64,000 nucleotides of DNA from Trueperaceae bacterium (GTDB taxonomy: Bacteria; Deinococcota; Deinococci; Deinococcales; Trueperaceae). Under the pieces are notes generated by a model that saw nothing but the letters and a program-made list of their open reading frames with translations, searched no databases and was not told where the DNA came from. Made by a program: the position numbers and the translations under genes. The stretch spans positions 832,001 to 896,000 of the forward strand of contig OZ243927.1 in NCBI GenBank assembly GCA_965213925.1, in the 5' to 3' direction. Below are positions 29,087 to 39,895 of the stretch, piece after piece (position 1 is the stretch's first letter; every line of letters starts with the position of its first letter).

Positions 29087-31183
29087 CTACTGCGTCGCGG
29101 TTCGGATAGCCTCTACAGGTAGGTTGAAGTTGAACATGAAGACCTGACCGCCCTGGTCCGCGTTCGTTTCGGCTACCGCGCCGCCGGACTCGCCGCTCTG
29201 CTGTACCACGCCGATCATCACGGTCTCGGCTAAGGGCACGCTGCTGTTGACCTCTTGCTCGCCGGTGCCAGCGAGTTCGTCCACGGTGTAGAAGCTGCCG
29301 TCCTCCTTGCGGGTGACGAGCGCGGTCACGTTCCACGAGCCCGAGAATTCAGACGAGGTCGCCTCGCTGAAGGTGCCGCCGTAGGACGAGACCTCGTTTA
29401 AGAAGCGTGGGTTCTCCGAGCCGCCCGCCATCGCCAGGAAGTAGCCGGTATTCGCTTGGGCAAGCTCGAGCGTCTCAGGATTGAGGGGAAGCGCGTACTT
29501 ACGTTCGCCATATTGATTGCCCGAGTCCTCGTCGAGGACCAGAACATCGGCGTCGGCGGTCTTGATCCACATCAAGCCGTCGTTGCCTACGATCTTCTCA
29601 CTGCCGTCTTCCCAGACGGCGTGGGTGCCCTCGCCGCCGTGCTTGACGCCCTTATCGGCGACCTCGAGCCTCAGGACGCCGTCGTAACCGCCAACGATGC
29701 GGCGAGCCGTCGCGGGGATGATCTCGGGAAGGTCGCCGCCGAGTTCGGCAAAGGCGTCGCCCAAACCGTCGAAGTCCACCGCGAGTATCGCGCCCGTGTT
29801 GGTCAGGTTCTGGATGTAGCGCTGCTTGCTGATATCGGGGTCGACCGCTGGGTGCTCGGTTTTGGTGTTGGCGACGAAGAAGGTGTGACCCTCGGGCTGC
29901 TCGCTCTCCTGCGTCCAGAGGCTGATCTCGGTCTCGCCGACCGATACGGGCGCGTCCCAGCCGCTCCACTGATAGCTCGTCGGCGCGTAGACGACCTCGA
30001 AGGTGGCGGGCGCGTCCGGGTTGCTTACGTAGGTATCCAACATCTCGGCGCTCAGGTCGATGGTGTCGATGCCGAGTTCGGCGAACGTCTCGTTGGCGAG
30101 CGCCATGCCGTAAATCTTGCCGTGGAGGAGGCCGTTGCGAGCTAAAAACTGGTCGCGCTCGGGCGCGTCAGAGGCGAGCGGCTGACCGCTCACGTCCAGA
30201 CCCTTACGACCGACGTAGATTTTGAGCGGCGCACGTTCGTAATCGTGGTTGTAGCCCGCGAGCACGAAGACGACGTAGTCGGGGTGACCGGGGTTGATGG
30301 GCAGGATTTTCTCGTAGCCCGACTGCCCGAGCGCGGGCACGGTATAGGCCGTCTCGTTGGCGATGTCGACGACGACCGAGGCGAGGCCCATCGTGTCGTT
30401 CGTGTCGATAAGCGACTCGGTCGTGTCGCCGTTCTCATCAGTAACGTCGAACATCTCCTGGATGTTCCACTCCTCGGCGGCCAGCCAAACGTCGTCCGCT
30501 AAACCGACGCCGTACTTATTCGCCCTCTCGTAGTAAGCACCGCAGAACGACTGGAAGAAGAAGTCACCTTGGGAGAGCTGGAAGTCCGGCGCGAAGTTGA
30601 CGAGCGTGCGGTCGGGCAAGGTCTGGTTACCCCAGAGCCCGCCTTGGTCTTTCGGCGTCACCTCGTCGCCGAAGACGTTATAGACCCTATTGAAGAGGTG
30701 ACCTGAGGCTGTGACCATCTCGCTGGCCGCTTCGTCGTTACTCAGAAACTCAGCAAAGCCTTCGCGGCCATAGTCGATGGTGTGGATGTGCGAGCCGGTG
30801 AAGGCGACGCCGCTGTCCATAGGCCACGGATACGTCTCGCTGCTCATCGTCGCGTAGGATTCCGACTGGTACGCCACGCGCACGGTGTCGTTGTCGGCGA
30901 GCCAGGCGGCGTGGCCGTCAGGGTAGCCAGTCAAGGCTTGACCGGTGGTCGCGTCCACTTCGCCCACCGTCGCCAGCGCTTTAAGCTCACCCATGAAGGG
31001 GTAGGCAGTGTCACCCTCGACGCCGTCGATGCAGCACTCGGACCTCTCGTCGGCGGTGCTGGCTTCGGCCATCTCCGCGTCGACCTGACCGATGGTTTTG
31101 AATTCCTGATCCTGCGCGTGAACTGTTAGTAAGGTGCACAGCAGCACGCTAAAGGAGATACGTAGAAACGAGGACACGTTCAT
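29087..31183 (-). CDS. Secreted acidic beta-propeller protein, possibly a PhoX-like phosphatase
   Basis: Signal peptide; TGYPDG, SFCG, AEEW, KTEH, DEDSG and SEFSG motifs reminiscent of PhoX; phosphatase gene context. Confidence 0.55.
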   Translation of the reverse strand: MNVSSFLRISFSVLLCTLLTVHAQDQEFKTIGQVDAEMAEASTADERSECCIDGVEGDTAYPFMGELKALATVGEVDATTGQALTGYPDGHAAWLADNDTVRVAYQSESYATMSSETYPWPMDSGVAFTGSHIHTIDYGREGFAEFLSNDEAASEMVTASGHLFNRVYNVFGDEVTPKDQGGLWGNQTLPDRTLVNFAPDFQLSQGDFFFQSFCGAYYERANKYGVGLADDVWLAAEEWNIQEMFDVTDENGDTTESLIDTNDTMGLASVVVDIANETAYTVPALGQSGYEKILPINPGHPDYVVFVLAGYNHDYERAPLKIYVGRKGLDVSGQPLASDAPERDQFLARNGLLHGKIYGMALANETFAELGIDTIDLSAEMLDTYVSNPDAPATFEVVYAPTSYQWSGWDAPVSVGETEISLWTQESEQPEGHTFFVANTKTEHPAVDPDISKQRYIQNLTNTGAILAVDFDGLGDAFAELGGDLPEIIPATARRIVGGYDGVLRLEVADKGVKHGGEGTHAVWEDGSEKIVGNDGLMWIKTADADVLVLDEDSGNQYGERKYALPLNPETLELAQANTGYFLAMAGGSENPRFLNEVSSYGGTFSEATSSEFSGSWNVTALVTRKEDGSFYTVDELAGTGEQEVNSSVPLAETVMIGVVQQSGESGGAVAETNADQGGQVFMFNFNLPVEAIRTATQ

Positions 31184-31476
31184 AGTTGATCCCTCCCAGA
31201 GATCATATGGCGGCCTGACCCTCCGGCCCTTGCTCCGGTTCGCTTCTATACCGAACGTCTACTTGATGATGAACCTCTGTAAACTTAAACCGGCTACGTC
31301 ATCGCTGTGTCATTGTGAGAGAATCCTCGAGCAACTTCATACAGCCCTTGTTTTAGAAACCTGCTGTCAGTTACCAGCCCTGGGACAGACAGGTGCTCGA
31401 GGAACCCCTTCTCGTCCTTGTTTGCGCCAGACGTTCACGTCTGGCGCTACTGAACCGAGCGTCGTTGTGCTAAAGC

Positions 31477-33123
31477 TCAGTCTGCCACCTCAAAGACCTG
31501 CGAGGCTTCCGAGACTTGTCCATAAGGGTCGGTAGAGCGCACCGTCACGGTGTGGACACCAGGCTCGAGGTTGTCGGGCAGGTCAGCCACCCAGATGTGC
31601 GACGAGGGATTCGGCGTCGAAACCTCTTCGTCTGTACCTAGGTAGCGCAAATAGCGGTCCTCCATAAAGGGGTCGGTGCGCAGGGTGTGCTCCATCGGTT
31701 GGTAGTCGCCATCGTCGAGTCGGTACGCCACCTGATGCTGCTCTCCGCCGTCGAAGACGTTGACCACAAGTTGCGGCGCTTGCCACGCGGCGACCTCGAA
31801 CTGGTCAGGGCTGAGCTGGTTTCGGCTCGCGCCCTCTTGCTCCAGCATAATGCGCATCTGGTAGTCTTCGGGCTCGCCCGCCGCCTTGAAGCGCGTGCTG
31901 TAGTCGTCCCCTTCAAACGAGAGGATGTAGTAGCCGTTAGGGTTGCCGTCTTCCATCGTAGTCGCCGGGAGGCCATGCTCGTTCTTGGGTCCGCTCCAGC
32001 CGTTGCCTCTGACTTCGGCCAGAATCTGATGGTGTAGCGGCTCGGGGCCGTTCCAGCCGTGCTCTTGGTCCAAGTACATCTGCCAACTGTTGCTGGTGTC
32101 GTGACCCGAGAGGGTGTAGAGGTGTTCGCGTCCCTCTAAGACGGCGAGTAGGTCGGAAAAATTGACGGTAATAAGGCGCTCGGTCTGATCTACCGCGTCA
32201 GTGGTGAGAGGGATATGGGTGGCGATAACGACGAGCTTGTCGTTAGGGACGAAGCGCAAGTCGTTCTCGAGCCATGTGATCTGCTCCTGGGAGATGAAGC
32301 CCCGGTAGCCCCCCTCGACCTCTCCTAAGTAGTCCACGTTGTCGAGCGCCACGAAGTGCACCTGTCCGTAATCGAACGAATAGTAGGTCGGGCCAAAGAC
32401 GCGCTTGAAAGTATCCGTGGCGTGCTCGTCGGTGAGCGCATCGAAGTTGACGTCGTGGTTGCCCGGTAAGTTCCACCAGGGGATGCCAATCTGCGAGACT
32501 AAGGCGTTATGCCGCTCATAGAGGGCGAGGTTGTCGTTCACCACGTCGCCGACGGTGAGGCCGAAGAGGGCGCTCGAGCCGATCAGTTCGGCGATGACGT
32601 CGTCGCGCAGATAGCTCAACTCTTCGTCGGTGGTCGTCTGCGTGTCGGCGAAGGCGACAGCGTCGAACTGGTTTTGCACCTCAGCAGGAAGAAGCGGAAA
32701 ATCGACCGGCTCTGGCAGAGAACCCGTCGGTTCTATACCGCTAAACTCCAGCTCCGGCGAGCCTTCAGGGTAGTGCAGATAGTAGAACTGGGGAAGTTGG
32801 GCATCGTTGACGGGGACTTCGTAGTTGTTGGGCTTGCTGACGAAAAGGATCATATCGTCTCGAGCAGGCAATTCGTAGCGCCCTTCACCGTCCGTTTGGA
32901 CGACCTCTAAGCCGTTCGAGACTGCGACACCCTCGACGCCAGGCTCACCGTCATCACGCTCGCCGTTCTGGTTCTGATCTTCAAAGACGACGCCCCGAGC
33001 AATCGCTTCACTCGCGCCGCCCGTTGTGTCACCGCCTGTAGCACCGCCAGTCGATTGAGCCTGAACGGTCGCAAGGGTTCCTAAGCTCAACATGCCTACG
33101 GTGATCCATCTCGATAAACTCAT
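31477..33123 (-). CDS. Secreted calcineurin-like metallophosphoesterase (MetallophosN/C)
   Basis: GVVFEDQNQNG..GVAVSNG, ADTQ, VGDVV, PGNHD, HIP, SGH. Confidence 0.88.
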   Translation of the reverse strand: MSLSRWITVGMLSLGTLATVQAQSTGGATGGDTTGGASEAIARGVVFEDQNQNGERDDGEPGVEGVAVSNGLEVVQTDGEGRYELPARDDMILFVSKPNNYEVPVNDAQLPQFYYLHYPEGSPELEFSGIEPTGSLPEPVDFPLLPAEVQNQFDAVAFADTQTTTDEELSYLRDDVIAELIGSSALFGLTVGDVVNDNLALYERHNALVSQIGIPWWNLPGNHDVNFDALTDEHATDTFKRVFGPTYYSFDYGQVHFVALDNVDYLGEVEGGYRGFISQEQITWLENDLRFVPNDKLVVIATHIPLTTDAVDQTERLITVNFSDLLAVLEGREHLYTLSGHDTSNSWQMYLDQEHGWNGPEPLHHQILAEVRGNGWSGPKNEHGLPATTMEDGNPNGYYILSFEGDDYSTRFKAAGEPEDYQMRIMLEQEGASRNQLSPDQFEVAAWQAPQLVVNVFDGGEQHQVAYRLDDGDYQPMEHTLRTDPFMEDRYLRYLGTDEEVSTPNPSSHIWVADLPDNLEPGVHTVTVRSTDPYGQVSEASQVFEVAD

Positions 33124-33143
33124 TTTAGTCTCCTTGGGCGAGG

Positions 33144-34211
33144 TCAGTTCTGAGCGCTCACTTGCACCGCTTGAAGCTCGCTCAGCCGCACGGTGTTCTG
33201 CATGATGAGGTCACCGTCCACCGCTCGAATCTCCATTGTGACCTCGGGGTCAGGCGCGTCCCAGTCGATCGTTAAGAGCCCGTAGTTGTCGAAGTAGTAG
33301 ACGCCGCCCAAGCGGTTTGCGTCGGGCGGGATGATCTCCCAGTTCTCGGTCAGCCCGCTCGAGTTGACCTCCCAGAGCGGATAGGGCGCGTTCTCGGTGC
33401 GCTTGGAGAACTGCGCCCAGTGCGTGTCGCCGGTGATGAAGAGCGTGCCGTTCGCTCCCGTTTCGCGGATGAGGTCCACCATGCGTTCGCGTTCATCGGG
33501 GAAGTTTGCCCAGGTCTCCCAACCCGTCCCGTCTTGCAAAAAGGGGATGCTCGTGCCGATGATGCGCAGCTCGGCAGGTTCGCGGAGCGTTTCTTCCAAC
33601 CACGTCCACTGCGCTTCACTGAGCATCCTTGCGTCGGGTCCGGTCGTCGCCGTGTAGGGTCCCGCGCCGACCTCTTGCCGCTGCTCGTACTCGGTGTCGC
33701 TTACCTCATTGATAGGCGAACGTGCCCAGCGCGTGTCTAAGAGGATGACCTGGACGCGCTGTCCCGCTGGTCCATACGTGTACGACGTGTAGATACCACC
33801 GTCACGGCTGCGGCGTTCGCTGTTTTCGGGCTCATTGAAGAAATCTAGGAAAATCTCTTTGGACTGCTCTTTCATAGGGTACTCGCGCCCTGCGTCGTTC
33901 TCGCCGTAGTCGTGGTCGTCCCAGGTGGCGATGACTCGGGTCTCACTCAGAAGTTGCTGGTAGCCAGGATTCTCCGAAAGCAGCGCGTACGCCTGGCGGA
34001 GTTCGGCGGGGTCTTCGGTGTCGCCGTAGACGTTGTCACCTAAAAAGACGAACACGTCGGGGTTGCTGTCAATTACCGCGTCCCAGATCGCTTGGGGGCT
34101 GGTCTGCTCGGCGCAGGAGCCGAAGGCGATGCGTGTTAGAGGGGTTTCTTGAGTGAATACTGAACCCAAGAGCAGACTTGCGACGAGCACGCTGCCGATC
34201 AACCGCTTCAC
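33144..34211 (-). CDS. phoD: PhoD-family phosphatase (short type)
   Basis: [35 protein letters not shown] start overlaps the upstream stop. Confidence 0.85.
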   Translation of the reverse strand: MKRLIGSVLVASLLLGSVFTQETPLTRIAFGSCAEQTSPQAIWDAVIDSNPDVFVFLGDNVYGDTEDPAELRQAYALLSENPGYQQLLSETRVIATWDDHDYGENDAGREYPMKEQSKEIFLDFFNEPENSERRSRDGGIYTSYTYGPAGQRVQVILLDTRWARSPINEVSDTEYEQRQEVGAGPYTATTGPDARMLSEAQWTWLEETLREPAELRIIGTSIPFLQDGTGWETWANFPDERERMVDLIRETGANGTLFITGDTHWAQFSKRTENAPYPLWEVNSSGLTENWEIIPPDANRLGGVYYFDNYGLLTIDWDAPDPEVTMEIRAVDGDLIMQNTVRLSELQAVQVSAQN

Positions 34212-35032
34212 TGTTGCCCCCGCGAGCGCAAGAAAGCTTCTAAGCCTGCCAAATCGTCTGTGTTGATGTGATCCACGCCGACCTCGTTCAAGACGCGCCA
34301 TACCGCCTCACGTGCCGGGCCGGGCTCGTCCGGCGAAGCCCAAAACCGCACCGTCTGACCGTTTTCATGCGCGGTGCTGACGATGCGCTCCAGCTCCCGG
34401 CGTTCAGAAGCGGGCATCTCACCCTCACCCGTCCAAGTAAAGACGTTCGTCCAGTTGTCGCTGATGAGCGGAATGAAGCTGGCGGGCGTGTCCGAGCCCA
34501 AGTCCTCCATGCGTCCGTCATAGCCCGCGTAGCGTATCTCTTGCGCTTGCATCAGCTCGCGTGGGCGGTTGCCGGAGATAATGGCGGTGACAGGACCTTG
34601 TTGAGCACCGTTCTCACCATAAGCTGTGAGGATATCTTCGTAAGACGCCAGTACCTCGTGAAGCGCTCTGTAGGTCGCCTCCTCGTCCGTCTTAATATCG
34701 ATAAGGAGCGTCAGCGACTCATCGCTACCTTCGTAGACCGAGCCGCTATTCTGCTCGATACGCGCCCGCAGCGGGTCCAGGTAGAGCGATTCTAAAGTCC
34801 TTCCCAAGCGCAACTCGTGTGCGTCGTGCCCGACAAACAGTTCGCCGAACACGAGAAAGATATCGGCCTCCACGCTAGTGAAGCCGTAGCTGAGCGCGTC
34901 ATAGAGCGGGCGCTCATGCTCGTAGTCGTTGTGGGCGTGCGCTTGCTCTAAAGGCACAACAGACTGGGCAACAGCGAGGGGAACGGTGAAGAGTAGAAGA
35001 GCTGCTGCGAGGTGAAAAGCTTGGCGCATCAT
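34208..35032 (-). CDS. Secreted PI-PLC/glycerophosphodiester phosphodiesterase-like protein
   Basis: HAHNDY, SVEADI, LLIDIK, VRFWA, INTDDL. Confidence 0.85.
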   Translation of the reverse strand: MMRQAFHLAAALLLFTVPLAVAQSVVPLEQAHAHNDYEHERPLYDALSYGFTSVEADIFLVFGELFVGHDAHELRLGRTLESLYLDPLRARIEQNSGSVYEGSDESLTLLIDIKTDEEATYRALHEVLASYEDILTAYGENGAQQGPVTAIISGNRPRELMQAQEIRYAGYDGRMEDLGSDTPASFIPLISDNWTNVFTWTGEGEMPASERRELERIVSTAHENGQTVRFWASPDEPGPAREAVWRVLNEVGVDHINTDDLAGLEAFLRSRGQQ

Positions 35033-35149
35033 GCAACCTCCCGTGTGGTGCTTGTTGAGGGTTGCCCAGGGCATCTTTCTTTATAGACGCTCGAGGTCAG
35101 CGCAAGGTCAGCGGTTAAATAAGGGATTTAGCCCATACAGAAGTAGCGC

Positions 35150-35181
35150 TTCTGCGTGAGACGCGCGCGTCTGTTGCAGAA
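35150..35181. repeat. 13-6-13 palindromic site, copy 8
   Basis: TTCTGCGTGAGAC-GCGCGC-GTCTGTTGCAGAA. Confidence 0.92.
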
Positions 35182-35223
35182 GCCCTGTTAAGTCTCGTCT
35201 ATAGATAGACGCATATAATACAG

Positions 35224-35914
35224 GAGGGTGATCGGGTATTCAGTGAGTTTTAAGGAAGAAAGGGTACTGGTGGGATGTGATAGACTACCAGTACCTGCTA
35301 GAAAGCATACCCGTTGAATTAGATGAAGTCGTTAGCAACATCAAGGTGTCCGAGACCCGAGCCGGTCCCGGTCAACCGCGCAGCTACAGCAATAGCTCGC
35401 TGATTCGCTTTCATGTTTACCGCTTTGCCAAAGGCGGGTGGTCGGTTAGGCAGATGCAGCGTGAACTGAGGCGGCAGCCCGCGCTGCTGTCACTTAGGAC
35501 GCGAACTTCTCAAGCGCTTACCTAAAGCGAGAGGCGTTGCTTTAGCTGACGCTGCTTATGACGCAGCGGCCAACTTCCGCACCGCTCTGGCACGAGGTTA
35601 CCATCTACTCACCTCGACCAACCCACGCCGGGGTGAGACACAAGCAGCACCCAGGCAGCTCAACCAGCAAACTAGGCGACGCCTTGAGATGAAAGCTCTA
35701 CTCAAGAAACGACTCGGCATCGGGCGCGTCTTCAGCGTCTGTAAAGAGATTTTAGGCCTTGCAAAAGTGCGCGTCCAGGGCTTCGCCGCTGTTAAGCGTC
35801 ACGCGCTCGCAGCAGTGACTACCTTTAGTGTCTTAGCTCAAGCGCTTACACAAAGAGGTCGCTCCATGCTCGAGATTGCCCAGGTCGCCGCCTGATGAAT
35901 AACCGATCACCCTC
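35224..35914 (+). mobile_element. Internally deleted IS (IS4/IS5-like DDE remnant)
   Basis: 19-bp TIRs GAGGGTGATCGGGTATTCA / TGAATAACCGATCACCCTC (18/19); transposase fragments GQPRSYS, ALADAAYD, RLGIGRVFS. Confidence 0.8.
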
Positions 35915-36173
35915 ATCAAAACAAATAGCGTTGCCCTCGCACGGCTCAGCGGCCCGCGCTACACCAAAGTTTCAACCCTCTTCACTCACAACCTGACAAA
36001 ACTGTGAAGCCTCTCCGTTAAGTTGACAGCAGGTTACAGCGACTTCTCCTAACATCACGCCACCCTCTGCGCGCTCCGACATCCGTTTCGCGTGGCTCAC
36101 GTTGTCTCGTTCTTCTACTTGTGTCTCGAGCAGGCCGCTGCCAACCCAAATTCAGCACGGCGGAGGTCAACAT

Positions 36174-37901
36174 ATGCGGCGAGTAGGGGTTCTTATCTGT
36201 TTAGCGCTCTTCTGGGGCGCAGCGGCCCAGGACACGGACGGTGACGAAACGGGCGGCAACGTGACAGGCGGCGCAATGAACTCGGGCGGCGATACCTTTA
36301 CGGGCATCGTCTTTGAAGATACCAACGAGAACGGCGCGCGCGACGAGGGCGAGGCGGGCGTCTCGGGCGTGTCGGTCTCGAATGGCGTCCAGGTCATGCA
36401 GACCGGCGAAGACGGTGCGTACGAGTTGCCCATGCGTGAACGTATGATCGTTACCGTGAGCAAGCCGCAGGGCTACATGGTTCCAGTAGACGACAATAAG
36501 GTGCCACAGTTTTTCTATATCCATCAGCCTGAAGGCTCACCCGAAGTCATCCAGGAGTACCGGGGCTTGGAGCCGACCGGCCCGCTGCCTGAATCCGTGG
36601 ACTTCCCCCTCCTCCAAGCCGACGAGCCTGACGCCTTCCGCTTCGTCGTGCTCGGCGACACACAGGTCACGACCCAGGAAGAGCTGACCTGGATGCGCGA
36701 CACGGCCATCGCGGAACTCGGCAGCAGCGAAGCCCTTTTCGGCGTCGCGGTGGGCGACCTCGTCAACGACCCCTTAGGCCTCTACCCGCGCTACCAAGAG
36801 GTGATGGGCGGGTTGCCGTTTCCGGTCTTCTACCTACCGGGCAACCACGACCTCAACTTCGACTCGCCCGACGACCAATATCACTTGGAAACCTACAAGC
36901 GTTACTTCGGCGCGCCGTACTACTCCTTCGACTACGGACAGATGCACTTCGTGGTGTTCGACAACGTGCGCTACAACGTGGACGAGGGCTTCGAGGGAAC
37001 CTACAACGGGCGCATCAGCGACGAGCAGCTCGAGTGGTTCCGCAACGACCTTCAGTTTGTGGACCCCGATAAGCTCATCGTCTTAGGGATGCACATCGCG
37101 CTCACGAACTACGTGGACCGCGACGCCGAAAAGCACCAGGAGACGAACCGCCAAGAGGTCTACCGCATCTTGGAAGAGGGCGGCTTCGAGAACGTGATTT
37201 CGCTGGCTGGGCACTCCCACACCGTCGAGCGCTTCCGCGAGGGCGAGACGTACGACCCCGGCATGGTGACGAACGACGACGGCGAAGAGGTCGAGTCGTT
37301 CGGCTGGGGTACGGTGCCCTTCCCTCAGTTCGTGGCGGGTGCGGTCTGCGGCTCGTGGTGGAGCGGCACCGAAGACGAGTTCGGCATCCCGACGAGCTAC
37401 CAGCGCTGCGGCGCGCCTAAAGGCTACATGGTCTTCGACGTGGAGGGCAACCAGTTCAGCGAACATTGGAAGGTCTCGGGCTCGGACGACGCCATGCACA
37501 TCAGCTTCGACTTCCCGCAAACCGGCTTCAGCGCAGATGGCGGGACACTCAGCGACATGGGCATCATCACGACGGGCGAGCTAGATAACGTCACCGTCGT
37601 CGCCAACGTCTACGCGGGCAGCCGCGACACGCAAGTCGAGATGAGCATCGGCGGCGAGACAATGGAGATGACCTGGAACCAGGACCAGCGCGACCCGCTC
37701 GCCATCAGTTTCCAGCCGCAGGACATGGACTGGCGCTTGACGACGGCGGGCAAGTCATATCACATCTACACGGCCACGCTGCCCGACAACCTAGAGCCGG
37801 GCGTCCACACCATCACGGTGCGCGCGACCGACCCCTACGGTCAGGAGTTTGTGGGCACGAAGGTCTTCGATGTGTGGGCGGACTCGAGCGCCAGCCGCTA
37901 G
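36174..37901 (+). CDS. Secreted calcineurin-like metallophosphoesterase (paralog of 31477..33123)
   Basis: GIVFEDTNENG, GDTQ, VGDLV, PGNHD, AGHSH, GAVCGSWWSG. Confidence 0.88.
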   Translation: MRRVGVLICLALFWGAAAQDTDGDETGGNVTGGAMNSGGDTFTGIVFEDTNENGARDEGEAGVSGVSVSNGVQVMQTGEDGAYELPMRERMIVTVSKPQGYMVPVDDNKVPQFFYIHQPEGSPEVIQEYRGLEPTGPLPESVDFPLLQADEPDAFRFVVLGDTQVTTQEELTWMRDTAIAELGSSEALFGVAVGDLVNDPLGLYPRYQEVMGGLPFPVFYLPGNHDLNFDSPDDQYHLETYKRYFGAPYYSFDYGQMHFVVFDNVRYNVDEGFEGTYNGRISDEQLEWFRNDLQFVDPDKLIVLGMHIALTNYVDRDAEKHQETNRQEVYRILEEGGFENVISLAGHSHTVERFREGETYDPGMVTNDDGEEVESFGWGTVPFPQFVAGAVCGSWWSGTEDEFGIPTSYQRCGAPKGYMVFDVEGNQFSEHWKVSGSDDAMHISFDFPQTGFSADGGTLSDMGIITTGELDNVTVVANVYAGSRDTQVEMSIGGETMEMTWNQDQRDPLAISFQPQDMDWRLTTAGKSYHIYTATLPDNLEPGVHTITVRATDPYGQEFVGTKVFDVWADSSASR

Positions 37902-37914
37902 GTTTTCATGTGTC

Positions 37915-38009
37915 GTAAGGGCGGATTTCAAACCAGTCCCTGCGCTGCACAATCCCTCACCCATATAGCCCGCACCGCTCGGTAGGGGCGCTTCATGAAT
38001 CGCCCCTAC
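37915..38009. repeat. Pair of GTAG-class REP palindromes
   Basis: GTAGGGGCG-CTTCATGAAT-CGCCCCTAC (37982-38009) and degenerate GTAAGGGCGGATTTCAAACCAGTCCCTGC (37915-37943). Confidence 0.7.
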
Positions 38010-38049
38010 GCCGCACATCTCTTCTATATTTATCTCGAGGTGACTCCCT

Positions 38050-39063
38050 ATGACGTACACGAAATGCTTGCCAATTCTATGTCTTTTCTTCTTCGCTTTC
38101 ACCACCCACGCCCACGACGAACACGGACCTACTCGCGTAGTCGCGCCCGCCTCGGCGGACTACCTACTCTCGCTGCCCTCGAGTTGGTACGACTCGCGCC
38201 GCTTCGACCAGCCCTTGCCCGACGAGGGCGATAAGCTCTACATCGCCGAGACCGAGGTGATGTTCGAGGCGTGGCGGCGCGGCGAGGTGCTGGGGCCGGT
38301 ATTACAGGTGCTGAGTTCGCCTGCTCCTGAAGGGGAGGAAGATGAGGTACTGCGTCAAGGTCTCGGCCTGCCGATAGCGGAGAAGCAAATTAAGCCTCAC
38401 ACCGTGAACGGCTACCCGGCACTGAGCGCTCGCGGCTTCCCCTACCGCGGCGCACCCGAAACCGGCCTCACCGTACTTCTCGCTGGAGGCACGCTCTACC
38501 ACTTCCTCTACGCTGCCGACCGTCCCGCGCACCTTCACGAGGTCGAGGAAATTGTGGATAGCTTTGCGCTCCAAGCTGACGCCGCCGAGCGTGACGAGGT
38601 GCAGATTGCCGCCTCGAGCGACCTATCCGGCCTCATCGGCAAGCCTGCCCCGGACTTCGAAGCAGCAGTCATGGGTACAGACCTCCAAGAGCGCGTGACC
38701 CTGAGCGACCTGCGCGGCAAGACCGTCGTGCTGACCTTCTGGGCGACGATGTGCTTTAGCTGCCAATTAGAACTGCCTATGCTCGCACGCGCCGCCGCCG
38801 AGCGTGGCGACGTGGAGGTCTACGCCATCAACTGGCGCGAGGCCCCCGGCGTCATCCGGCAGTTCACGGACCAGCTCGAGACCTCGCCCACCGTCCTCTT
38901 AGACCGCGCCGGGCTCATTACCGACCGCTACGGCGTGAGCGTCCTACCCGCCACGCTGATTATCGACTCGCAGGGCATTGTGCGGGCTGCGCCGCAGTTC
39001 AAGATGGAGACGACCTTGGAAGAGGTGAAGGGGTGGCTCGAGGTTGCCACGGCGTCCAACTGA
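38050..39063 (+). CDS. Secreted protein with C-terminal TlpA/ResA redoxin domain
   Basis: GKPAPDF, LSDLRGK..FWATMCFSC..ELP, PATLIID. Confidence 0.85.
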   Translation: MTYTKCLPILCLFFFAFTTHAHDEHGPTRVVAPASADYLLSLPSSWYDSRRFDQPLPDEGDKLYIAETEVMFEAWRRGEVLGPVLQVLSSPAPEGEEDEVLRQGLGLPIAEKQIKPHTVNGYPALSARGFPYRGAPETGLTVLLAGGTLYHFLYAADRPAHLHEVEEIVDSFALQADAAERDEVQIAASSDLSGLIGKPAPDFEAAVMGTDLQERVTLSDLRGKTVVLTFWATMCFSCQLELPMLARAAAERGDVEVYAINWREAPGVIRQFTDQLETSPTVLLDRAGLITDRYGVSVLPATLIIDSQGIVRAAPQFKMETTLEEVKGWLEVATASN

Positions 39064-39099
39064 GCTTCAAGTATCGCTCGTAGCGTTCTGTGGCAGACA

Positions 39100-39605
39100 T
39101 TAGATCGGCCCCGGTCCGACCGCGCAGTCGTAGGTTAAAAGCACGCCGCCCTGTTGCACGCCCGTCTCGGCGCCCGCGAAGAGCAGTTTGTTTCCCCAGT
39201 AGGACTTTTGGAACGCCGCACGACCGTACACAGGGTGTCGAGTGAGCGCCGCGCGGTCCGCAGGCGCGCTGCTCTGTTCGTCCCGCCACCACATATAGTC
39301 GAAGTAGACGAGATGGTCATGCGGCGGGCTGCCGTAGAGCCTGGTCAGCTGGGCGAGGACGGCTTCTTCGCGCTGGCCGGGCTCACCTGAACTTTGGGAC
39401 GACGCGAAGAATCCCTTGATAGCGCCGACCCGCGCGCCGTCTGGGCTAACGTCGTGCAGCTCGCCCAACGGACCCCTATAGCTCACAGCGAAGCCGGGCA
39501 ACCCCTCGTCGCGCCAGAAGGGTCTCTCGAAAACGACGACGGCTTTCGCCGAGCCGCCCATCCAGGTCGGCGTCGCGCGCTGAGCGCTCTGCAGCGCGTC
39601 AGGGA
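39100..39605 (-). pseudogene. Flavin amine oxidase C-terminal fragment
   Basis: TPTWMGGSAK..FERPFWR, LLFAGAET; no N-terminal FAD-binding region. Confidence 0.7.
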
Positions 39606-39666
39606 GATAGAGTTAGAGTTGCCCTTTACGGTCTCGAGTATCTCCGTCCCCTAACGCGCCTCTTCT

Positions 39667-39769
39667 TGGTGCATCCGGTTAATCTCGCGCACGCTTCGGA
39701 AGTGGCTTTCCGTATTGCCAGCGCAAACCACTGAGAAAACACCTTGCAGCGGACTTAAAAGATGCACCA
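39667..39769. mobile_element. 103-bp MITE (copy B)
   Basis: Exact reverse complement of 15548-15650; TTCT on both flanks. Confidence 0.85.
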
Positions 39770-39801
39770 TTCTGCAGGAGACGCGCGCGTTCGCCGCAGA
39801 G
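39770..39801. repeat. 13-6-13 palindromic site, copy 9
   Basis: TTCTGCAGGAGAC-GCGCGC-GTTCGCCGCAGAG. Confidence 0.9.
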
Positions 39802-39895
39802 GACCTCGGTTAGAAGGAGGTCTCGAAATACATGACAAAAGCTCCACTCGGGTTGCCGTAACACATTGATGTGCATCAATGGATATACTGCGTTC

